Source: Clostridia bacterium
Lineage (GTDB): Bacteria > Bacillota > Sulfobacillia > SLMV01
Length of the DNA stretch: 33,669 bases
Direction of reading: 5' to 3'
Assembly: GCA_007136565.1 (NCBI GenBank)
Contig: SLGS01000074.1
Location: 1 to 33,669 of the forward strand
Positions within the stretch are counted from its first letter, which is position 1; every line of letters starts with the position of its first letter. Shown here piece by piece: positions 9,137 through 16,650 of the stretch. The notes under the pieces are model-generated. The model had not been told where the DNA came from and ran no database searches. It saw nothing but the letters and a program-made list of their open reading frames with translations. The position numbers and the translations under genes were made by a program.

Positions 9137-9967
9137 TCAACTCTTGAGGTCCTCCTTGGCTGCGAGGTACTCCTCCCGGGATATGTCTCCCCTGGCGTAG
9201 CGCATATCGAGTCGCTCGCGCGGAGTCACGGAACCAGGCGCAGGGGATCCCGAGCCCGGCGAGCTCGAGAGAGCTTTCACGAGTAACCAGACCGCCAGGA
9301 CTATCAGCGCAAGCACTGCTATCAGTCCCACGACCATCAGGGGCATGAACCAACCCGACCATCCGTTCCACATCATCATGGATCCATCCCTCCTCCCCAT
9401 CATGGGTGCGCTCGAATACCATCGAAAGAGCCAGTCGCGCATCGTGGAGATTTCAGTCCTTTGATTGTCCCTGATTCGCACCGCCAAGGCCGCGACCTCT
9501 TCGTTTTGGGCCAATCTCCTCCCGAGGAGACGTTGTGACATCATAACCGCCTCCATGTGATGGACGATCATGTCCTCGAGGAAGGCGCGCTCCAGGTCTT
9601 CTCCCGCCAATCCCTCCAATTCGCGCATCATCGGAGTATAGGACACATCTCGATCTGCATCCGGATACCAGGTATCCAGATACGATTCCATGAGCTCGAT
9701 TTCTGCGCTTTGCGTCTCGATTATGAGATGGGCGAAATCCCTCAGGGGAGCGCGTTCTGTGTTTTCTGCCAGGACGGCGGCGGCGGATATCGCTTCCTCG
9801 TGGTGTGGGATCATATGTATGAGGAAGTCTCTCTCGTCCGAAATCACCCTCCCCATGCCCGGATGGATCTGAGCGGCGATCGGGGTTGTTCCCCAGAACA
9901 AGATAGATAGTCCCACCAATGCGATGAGGATAATCTTTATCGAAGGAATGCCTTGCAGCCTCTTCAT
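9137..9967 (-). CDS. DUF305 (four-helix, HH-motif, copper-associated) domain fused to a Met-rich segment, a TM helix and a C-terminal SHOCT domain
   Basis: N-terminal signal/TM segment. DUF305-like pairs FLIHMIPHHEEAI and FLEDMIVHHMEAV. These are followed by MMGRRDGSMMMWNGW, the TM helix FMPLMVVGLIAVLALIVLAVWLLV, and RYARGDISREEYLAAKEDL (SHOCT signature). A ggaaaggtg RBS is present. Confidence 0.8.
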   Translation of the reverse strand: MKRLQGIPSIKIILIALVGLSILFWGTTPIAAQIHPGMGRVISDERDFLIHMIPHHEEAISAAAVLAENTERAPLRDFAHLIIETQSAEIELMESYLDTWYPDADRDVSYTPMMRELEGLAGEDLERAFLEDMIVHHMEAVMMSQRLLGRRLAQNEEVAALAVRIRDNQRTEISTMRDWLFRWYSSAPMMGRRDGSMMMWNGWSGWFMPLMVVGLIAVLALIVLAVWLLVKALSSSPGSGSPAPGSVTPRERLDMRYARGDISREEYLAAKEDLKS

Positions 9968-10184
9968 CGCGACACCTTTCCGTGATCGTACCTTGAAATG
10001 ATGGGGCTTTGCCGTCGCAGTCCTTCACTTGATGCCGATGGGTCCGGGGGCCATATTCGCGAAATGGATAACCGGTGCTTGCCGTGCGATTCCCCGCCCA
10101 TCGGGGGTCCGACGGAGAAATCGCCATCTGTTAGGTGCATTCCCGATCGACAGTGAACACAAACTCGAGAGAGTGCGGTCATCG

Positions 10185-11144
10185 ATGAAGCGATACCGGG
10201 GCAACTCTGCTCTAGCGCGCACTCTCCCGCTCGCAATTCAGTTCGCCCCTCGGTCTTTTATCTTGGCCTCGGATCTGCGATATTCCCGGTAATCGGTCAC
10301 CTCGGAGTGCTTTCCGTCACCAGTCGGAGTTTCGTCGCGCTCCATCGGGTAGGTCCCGTCTAGCCCAATAGGCGAGTCGGGGTTGGGGAGCATCCCCGCG
10401 ATCCTTTCTCGCCTCCTGCCCCCGGAGTAACCGTTCAATCACGTCGCCACTACTCAAACGGCGCCGATACCTCGCCGCAGGCCCTTAAGTCACCTTGGAC
10501 ACCTCCGCCAGTCCTCGGCCGGGTTCGTTTCCGGGCCGCCGGGTTGAAGGATGCGGCCTCGGCCACCGCGTTTGCCCGGGGGATTATCGCCCGCGCGGTT
10601 TTGGGGCGGGGTGCTTGGGACTGGAGGTTAGCCTCAGCATAATGGGATTCGCCCAGGGCGGTTGGCGCCATCCTCGAGTCGCGTGCGCCCGCGAGCGCGG
10701 TATTCGGCGTTGGTAACCGGACGAATCAGGGGTGTTGCCGAACCAGTCTCAGCCTGGTCCGGGCTACGACCATCGTGGTCGCGAAAACTCGAGTGCCGGG
10801 AGCGAAGAAAGGGGCGACGGCGTCACTCGCCCGGAATCGACCATCGCCTCCGGTGTGGTAACTGCTCTCGGGATCCCGATCCACCGTTTATCCTTCCCCA
10901 TCGCCGGGATGTTCCTACCAGGTGGGGAGGCCTCGATCGCCTTCGTCGGCAAGTCCCTTCGGATGGGCACCTTCTCGTTCGGTTTAAAGGGGGTGCTCAT
11001 CGTGGCCAACCGCGCCTTCCAAGGTGCCGGACGGACGGTGGTTGTCACGACGTTTTCGCTTTGTCCCGTGTAGGAATTGCGCGTTCCCTTGGCGTACTCA
11101 TCGTCTCAGCCGGTAGAATGGGAAAGACCCGCATCATCGATCGA
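10185..11144 (+). pseudogene. Decayed MATE-family efflux transporter pseudogene (paralogue of the intact gene at 32233-33606)
   Basis: Pieces in three frames align by eye to the intact MATE protein:
- GLKDAASATAFARGII vs GVQGAAVATVFSRGLA
- AVFGVGNR...SLSLVRATTIVV vs AAFGVGNR...SLGLGQATTTMV
- GMFLPGGEASIAFVGKSLRMGTFSFGLKGVLIVANRAFQGAGRTVVVTTFSL vs GIFLPGEELAMGLASDYLRVAAFSYGFLGVLNVANGAFRGAGRTVTAMTFAL
- GRMGKTRIID vs GTWKGRIID
The terminal CGCATCATCGATCGA matches CGCATAATCGATTGA with the stop codon lost. The 5' boundary is uncertain; homology is convincing only from about 10455. Confidence 0.7.
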
Positions 11145-11506
11145 GATTCGCATATCGGGGGGAGGAGGACAACGACACTTGCTCCCGAAATCTGAATGAT
11201 GCTGGTCCGGCGTGTGCGCCTCACGCGCGTTCCGCCACCACAAATAATCCATACAATTCTCCGAATCGCCATCCCTAAGGTTGAAGTGCGCTACGGGTGG
11301 GCGATCGGTAGGGTCTCAGGGGGAAACCCCGGGGCCTCCCGTGCTAGGAAAGGAGAATCGATGTGATGCCGGATTCGTATGCCCCCTTCCGCGGGAGGTG
11401 GCCTTCCCATTTCAGCTAGCCTCTTCCATCGGGAACCAAAATAGGTACTCGCAAATGCCCGGGCGCAGTGAGCCCAGGGCGGATCAGTGTGGGGAGGCGA
11501 GCGTTT

Positions 11507-12418
11507 GTGCGAAAGACTTGGTTGGTAGTTATGGTCCTGGTACTGATGACGGCGGCGATCGGGTGCGGCGATACTTCGACCGATCCGGGCGATGCCGATG
11601 ATATCGGGCTCAATCCGGAGGAAACGGTGGTCCTGGTCACGCCGAATAAAGGGGAGTCGGAACTCAGTCTGCGTGAGATAACGGAACTGGAATCGATTAC
11701 CCTGGAGATCGAGAGGGACACCGATGACGGTCCCGAGGAATTCGAGATCACCGGCGTTACCCTGGACGCAATGGCGGAAGCCGTCGATGTCGATCCGGCG
11801 ACGCTGGAAGGGTTGATCTTGGTCGCGGGCGATGGGTACTCGGTGGAAGTGTCGGCGGAGGTCCTGTCCGATCACGAGGCGGTATTCGCCTACTACGTCG
11901 ACGGAGAGGCATTAAGCGGCGATAGCGCACCCCTTCGCGCCTTCTTCCCGGGTTCGGAGACCATGTACTGGGTGAGAAACCTGGTCCGGATAGAATTCAT
12001 TGGTTCCGCCGAAAGGGCCGTCGCGGCGTCGGAGATTTACCTCCTGGAGACCCTCTTCGCCACCATGGAAGAGGTAGATTACGGCGGCGAGGCCGCAGTG
12101 CGTGCGTCGGATATCCTCGAGTACGCGAAGGGAGAAGGAAGAGTGTTCATGGCGGCCACCGACGGTTTCGAAAAGAGCGAGGGCGCGGACATCTTCTCGG
12201 AACACTTCGTGGTCACGACGGGCGATACCGCGCCGGCTTTTAGGGGAGAGGAACTGCCGCGCGGTATGCACGTCCGCGACCTGGTTTGGTTGACCGTTGG
12301 TGAAACAGCTTTCTATTCCGCGGCTCGCGGAGGCGAGTTGCTGCAGATCCTGGATGTAGAGAACCTCCGGTGTTTCGTTGGTGGCCCTGGTGGACGCCGT
12401 GGGATTGGCCGAAGTTGA
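11507..12418 (+). CDS. Lipoprotein with repeated beta-rich modules (molybdopterin-oxidoreductase-like fold signature); 3' end disrupted by a frameshift
   Basis: The GTG at 11507 lies 9 nt after ggggagg and gives VRKTWLVVMVLVLMTAAIG-C-GD (signal peptide plus lipobox). The longest ORF starts at 11468. Modules end in VRNLVRIEF and VRDLVWLTV. The last ~20 codons (CFVGGPGGRRGIGRS) look like out-of-frame read-through. Confidence 0.7.
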   Translation: MRKTWLVVMVLVLMTAAIGCGDTSTDPGDADDIGLNPEETVVLVTPNKGESELSLREITELESITLEIERDTDDGPEEFEITGVTLDAMAEAVDVDPATLEGLILVAGDGYSVEVSAEVLSDHEAVFAYYVDGEALSGDSAPLRAFFPGSETMYWVRNLVRIEFIGSAERAVAASEIYLLETLFATMEEVDYGGEAAVRASDILEYAKGEGRVFMAATDGFEKSEGADIFSEHFVVTTGDTAPAFRGEELPRGMHVRDLVWLTVGETAFYSAARGGELLQILDVENLRCFVGGPGGRRGIGRS

Positions 12419-12587
12419 TGCTCTAGTGCTAGAGGCCGTCGACGGATACTCCGTCGAGATAGGGTGGGGCGACCTGTCCCGGGGTGTAATCTACATTCGC
12501 GACTCCGGCGAGGTCTCGGTGGCCTTTGACGATCTGCCCCGCAGTGCCAATGTGCGGGATCTCCTCCGCATCGGGACGGGGGAATGA
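12378..12587 (+). CDS. Third repeat module of the preceding lipoprotein, in the +1 frame (frameshifted continuation, no signal peptide of its own)
   Basis: (TSGVS)LVALVDAVGLAEVDALVLEAVDGYSVEI...VRDLLRIGT aligns with repeat 1, ITGVTLDAMAEAVDVDPATLEGLILVAGDGYSVEV...VRNLVRIEF. This frame is open from 12360. Confidence 0.55.
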   Translation: MVALVDAVGLAEVDALVLEAVDGYSVEIGWGDLSRGVIYIRDSGEVSVAFDDLPRSANVRDLLRIGTGE

Positions 12588-12594
12588 TGTCAAA

Positions 12595-14127
12595 GTGACG
12601 GTGCTTTCATACCTCTTTCGCCCGCCGTGGCGACGACGCATCTTGGGTAGGGGGCCGAGTGCCGGGATGATGCTGCCTTTCCTCGTCGTGTTGGGGCTAT
12701 CGGTGGTCGCTTGCGGTTTGCCCTTGGGCGAGACGGCTCCCGAAGTCTCGCACGGGCTGTGGATCGTGGGCGATGTCGAGGTTGCAACGCAGATCGATTC
12801 CCTCGACCCGCGAGATTGGAGCGTAGAACGCCTGGAGCGGGGCGATCGGACCATAACTGTAATCCCGCTGGCGGAGTTATTGGAGATGTCAGCGCCCCTC
12901 GCTACTGAGTATCGAGTGGCGTTCGCCGGACGTGATGGGCGCCTGGCGGTCGTAGGAGGCGGGCACCTGGCCGACAGCCGATTAGGGTGGAGCGAAGAGT
13001 ACGGTTGGGAAGTGGTCAATCCCAACCACCCCGTCAGCGGTAACATAAAGGATCTAGAGGAAATCGTGGTCCTGGCCGAGGATCCCGGTCCGCGACATAG
13101 CCTCAATGTCATACGGCTCGGCGAGAATATCGATCGATACACGGTCGGGGAATTGGCGGTCGGTGAATATACCGTCGGTGCGGAACCCATCGGCTCGGCG
13201 TCGAGGGAGGTGGATGGCGTAAACCTCGAGGCCAAAATATACCAGCGGGAGCGTTGGATCGATTTGGATCGATTCGTCCGAAACCGCGACTACGAGGAAC
13301 TCGTGGTCGTCGGAGAGGCTGGAGAGGTGGCCGTCCACGCGCCCGGGGGCAAGATGATGCTCGAGAGGACGTCGCTTGCGTACCGTGCGGCGGATGGTGT
13401 GGAAATATCGAGGGTTAAGGGTATCGTCTTGGACCCCCCGAAGAGGATGAATACGGCGATCTTCGGGGATGCCAAGGAATCCCTCGAGCGCGGGATCCCC
13501 ACCATGGTGGTCTTGGTCGATGGCCTCGGGTGGGATCAGTATCTCCACATGATAGAGAACGGTAGGATGCCCTTCCTCGGGGCCGCCGGAGAACCGGACC
13601 CAGCCCTGGCGATCTACCCCTCCATCACGCCGGTGAACGTGGCCGCCTCCATCACCGGTGCGCTGCCGCATGAGAGCGGAGTCGTGGCCAGGAACACCAG
13701 GATTCCCGAGGTTCCAACCCTTTTCCAATGGGCGCGCGAGCGAGGTATGGAGGAGAGCGCAGTCATCGGGCCCATTGCCCCCATCGATCTCGGTACCGAT
13801 CCGCATTTTCGTACCGACGAGAACGGGGATGGTTCCGAGGACGACGAGATATTCGACACAACCCTAAAGCTAGCTGGGGAAGGGTACGACTTTCTCTATG
13901 TGCACTTCAAGGGCGTGGATGTCGCGGGGCACGCCCACGGGGCGTTTGCGGAAGAGACCCTCTCTGCCATCGATAGAATCGACGGGTACGTGAGGGGATT
14001 GGCCCATGTGTGGGAGGGGAATATGATAGTCTACTCCGACCACGGCATGAAGACGACCCCGGACGGGGGAGAGCACGGTCTGTTCGTCCACGAGGACATG
14101 TTCGTTCCCCACTGGTACTTGCGCTGA
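12595..14127 (+). CDS. Lipoprotein: N-terminal repeat modules fused to a nucleotide pyrophosphatase/phosphodiesterase (alkaline phosphatase superfamily) domain
   Basis: Signal peptide and lipobox: WRRRILGRGPSAGMMLPFLVVLGLSVVAC-G. NPP motifs are VVLVDGLGWD, YPSITPVNVASITGALPHESGV (Thr nucleophile context), YVHFKGVDVAGHAHG and YSDHGM. The start is either GTG 12595 (gggggaa RBS) or ATG 12667. Confidence 0.8.
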   Translation: MTVLSYLFRPPWRRRILGRGPSAGMMLPFLVVLGLSVVACGLPLGETAPEVSHGLWIVGDVEVATQIDSLDPRDWSVERLERGDRTITVIPLAELLEMSAPLATEYRVAFAGRDGRLAVVGGGHLADSRLGWSEEYGWEVVNPNHPVSGNIKDLEEIVVLAEDPGPRHSLNVIRLGENIDRYTVGELAVGEYTVGAEPIGSASREVDGVNLEAKIYQRERWIDLDRFVRNRDYEELVVVGEAGEVAVHAPGGKMMLERTSLAYRAADGVEISRVKGIVLDPPKRMNTAIFGDAKESLERGIPTMVVLVDGLGWDQYLHMIENGRMPFLGAAGEPDPALAIYPSITPVNVAASITGALPHESGVVARNTRIPEVPTLFQWARERGMEESAVIGPIAPIDLGTDPHFRTDENGDGSEDDEIFDTTLKLAGEGYDFLYVHFKGVDVAGHAHGAFAEETLSAIDRIDGYVRGLAHVWEGNMIVYSDHGMKTTPDGGEHGLFVHEDMFVPHWYLR

Positions 14128-14469
14128 GTTGCCGGTACGAGACCGAATCGGCGCCGCGCATGACACCCGTGGTCACACTCACCCCGACCAGATGTCCCAC
14201 CACGCGCCCTCGACATACCCAGCCCCAGGTCGAGGACGCGCTGGCGCTCCCTCGCCCCGAGGGCTTCCGAGCCCGGCCCGGGAGGATATTCCCCTCGGCG
14301 ATCATGAGAAGCACCTCAAATGTTCCTACGGGGCAAGTCGCGGGGCACGCTGTCCCGGGCGCTACTTGCTGGTATACTGGATCGGAGTGATGGGTTTTCC
14401 CGCTGACCACCGGAGACTTCACCCGCCCGGGACCGGTTCCGAGCGGTCGTCGTAGGGGGTAACGACATC

Positions 14470-15588
14470 ATGGAATCGCGGCTTTGGCAGGTATTCCTCC
14501 TCGCAGCTCGCATGGGCGTAGCCGCATTCGGTGGGCCCGTGGCCCATCTCGCCATGATGGAAAGAGAGGTCATCGAAAAGAGGGGATGGATCGAGCGAGA
14601 CCACTTCATGGACCTCCTCGCCATCACCAACCTCGTTCCGGGACCCAACTCGACGCAAATGATAATGCACTTCGGGTTCGTCAGGGGCGGTGACCCCGGG
14701 ACCTGGATCGCGGGATTGGGATTCATCCTCCCGGCATTCCTGATCACCTTGGCCCTCAGCTGGTTTTACGTCCACCTGGGGATGCTTCCCGCCGTGGAGG
14801 CGATATTTTACGGCATCAAGCCCGCCATAGTTGCCCTCATAGTGACCGCTCTCTGGCGCATGAGCCGGAAGGAGATCCGAGGCGCGGAATCCGCGGTCCT
14901 TTTCTCCCTCGCCGTTTTCGCATCTTTCCTCGGGGTGAACGAACTCTTGGTAATGGCCGGGGGGGCTTTTTGGGGATTGGCACGTCACCTCCGCGGCAGG
15001 ATCCTGTCCGTGGTCCCCACCGGCATTCTCATGCTCGGGGCGACCTCTACCGCTCCCGGCGGCAGCACGTTGACGTCGCTGGGGCTACTGTTCCTGAGGT
15101 TTGGAGCCACGCTATATGGCAGTGGATACCTCCTCATCGCCTTCATACAAAGGGACCTGGTCTCGCGGATGGGCTGGCTAACGGGCCAGCAACTTCTCGA
15201 CGCCATAGCCATCGGTCAGATGACGCCCGGCCCGATACTCACGACCTCGACCGTAGTGGGTTACATCGTCTCCGGCGTTCCCGGCGCCATCGTAGCTACC
15301 ACGGCCATCTTCCTCCCGTCCTTTTTCTTCGTGATGATGGTGGGGCGCTGGATGGACCGCCTTAGGGACTCGCGCTTGGCTCGTTCCACCATCGACGCCA
15401 TACTGCCCACCATACTGGGCGTCATCGCCGTGGTCGCCTGGGGACTCGGGCGAGAGGCCCTGGTGGACCCCTTTTCCGTCGCGCTGGCCATCGGAGCCGG
15501 GATCGCGCTCATGAAGGCCCGGATGGACTCCGTGCTCGTGATCATCCTGGCCTCGGGAGTCGGCTACGTGTGGCAGGTACTGTTATAG
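14470..15588 (+). CDS. chrA: Chromate ion transporter (CHR family), two-domain form
   Basis: Motifs GVAAFGGPVAHLAMMEREVIEKRGWI, LAITNLVPGPNSTQM and, in the second half, IAIGQMTPGPILTTSTVVGY. Confidence 0.9.
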   Translation: MESRLWQVFLLAARMGVAAFGGPVAHLAMMEREVIEKRGWIERDHFMDLLAITNLVPGPNSTQMIMHFGFVRGGDPGTWIAGLGFILPAFLITLALSWFYVHLGMLPAVEAIFYGIKPAIVALIVTALWRMSRKEIRGAESAVLFSLAVFASFLGVNELLVMAGGAFWGLARHLRGRILSVVPTGILMLGATSTAPGGSTLTSLGLLFLRFGATLYGSGYLLIAFIQRDLVSRMGWLTGQQLLDAIAIGQMTPGPILTTSTVVGYIVSGVPGAIVATTAIFLPSFFFVMMVGRWMDRLRDSRLARSTIDAILPTILGVIAVVAWGLGREALVDPFSVALAIGAGIALMKARMDSVLVIILASGVGYVWQVLL

Positions 15589-15792
15589 GTTATGGAGGCC
15601 GAAGGCTGGCCTCGCTGCGTCGAGACCACCCACCGCACCCTCGAAGCATGCTATCTCGCGTCTCCCTACCGCCGATCTTATCGATACCGAATACTGGATA
15701 GTACGCGGGATTGCGAAGGATTCATTACCCCACCGTAGAAGCATCGAGGTAGCACATGCATTGTGCAATCATATATTGGAGGAGGTTCGAAA

Positions 15793-16398
15793 ATGTCCGA
15801 AGAGATCGCACGCGTCGGCAAGAAAGCACCCGACTTCAAAGCCAATGCATACGTGGATGGCGGCTTCGAGAAAGTCAGCCTTTCATCTCACGCGGGCAAG
15901 TGGGTGGTCCTCTGCTTCTATCCCGGGGACTTCACCTTCGTCTGACCTACCGAACTGGCGTCAGTTGGCGCCCATTACCCCGAATTACAGGAACTGGGTG
16001 TTGAGGTCCTGTCCTGCAGTGTGGACAGCCAGTACACCCACAAGATATGGCAGGAGCAGGAGCTCTCCAAGATGGTCGAGGGTGGAGTTCCGTTCCCCAT
16101 GCTCTCCGACACCGGCGGCAAGATCGGTCGCCTTTACGGAGTGTACGATGAAGAAGAGGGCGTGAATATCCGCGGCCGCTTCCTAATTGATCCCGACGGT
16201 ATCATCCAGGCGATGGAAGTATTGACGCCCCCCGTGGGCCGCAACTTCCAGGAGCTGGTGCGCCAGGTCAAAGCGTTCCAGCACGTCCGGGAAACCGGCG
16301 AGCCCACGCCTGCAGGCTGGCAGCCCGGAAAGAAGACCCTCAAGCCCGGTCCGGACCTGGTCGGTAAGGTATGGGAAGTGTGGAAGATAGGGGAGTAG
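15793..16398 (+). CDS. Peroxiredoxin (AhpC/Prx1-type) with in-frame UGA (selenocysteine) at the peroxidatic Cys position (codon 15943-15945)
   Basis: ggaggagg RBS 7 nt before ATG 15793. ORFs 15763-15945 and 16021-16398 share one frame. Read-through gives [50 protein letters not shown], a continuous Prx sequence of 201 residues. A hairpin lies directly 3' of the TGA. Confidence 0.85.
15950..15968 (+). promoter_or_regulatory. Candidate bacterial SECIS hairpin
   Basis: It starts 5 nt after the UGA. The stem is cc(g)aactg / cagttgg: 7 bp with one bulged G. The apical loop is GCGU and contains a GU dinucleotide. Confidence 0.5.
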
Positions 16399-16464
16399 CG
16401 GTTTCGAGGGAGGCAGTCGAAGTAATCTAAGCGACGGCTGCATATCCCCTCGCGGGCCGTCCGG

Positions 16465-16492
16465 CGCCCGTCCCGGGAAACCGGTTCGGGCG
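16465..16492 (+). terminator. GNRA-tetraloop hairpin downstream of the peroxiredoxin gene
   Basis: cgcccg-tc-ccgg GAAA ccgg-tt-cgggcg. Only a weak U-tract (tgttct) follows. Confidence 0.3.
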
Positions 16493-16650
16493 TCGCGTGT
16501 TCTCGGGCCCGAGATCTCCGCGGCCACTCTCCGCCGCCTCCGGGTATGCCCCGGCGATGGGATCGGTTCGTTTGAGCCGTCCGCCGTAAGGGGAAGGAAC
16601 GGGTGTAAACCCACCTTTCGCGCGAGGGGAAATGAGGAGAACGACGGGGG

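Noticed and set aside
9968-10184. Possible MarR relic upstream of the MATE pseudogene, mirroring the intact marR-MATE pair.
   Set aside because: There is only a vague similarity (SEHKLERVRS vs SESELEDLVR). The space is too short, and it must also hold the promoter of the divergent DUF305 gene.
14128-14469. The 342-nt spacer upstream of chrA. On the minus strand it reads ...GTACPATCPVGTFEV..., which is faintly ferredoxin-like (C..CPVG).
   Set aside because: There is only one short motif and no full Cys cluster. The frame runs into the antisense of the phosphodiesterase gene. The evidence is insufficient for a gene or a pseudogene.
15987-16012. A second hairpin (ACAGGA ... TCCTGT) as an alternative SECIS for the peroxiredoxin UGA.
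   Set aside because: It starts 44 nt after the UGA, further than the spacing I expect for bacterial SECIS elements. The hairpin at 15950-15968 is better placed.
16399-16650. Possible c-di-AMP (ydaO-type) riboswitch upstream of the osmoprotectant transporter.
   Set aside because: The hallmark conserved blocks (ACGGGGA / GGGGUGAAUCC / CCCGAACCCG.CAGCUAAC) are not present.
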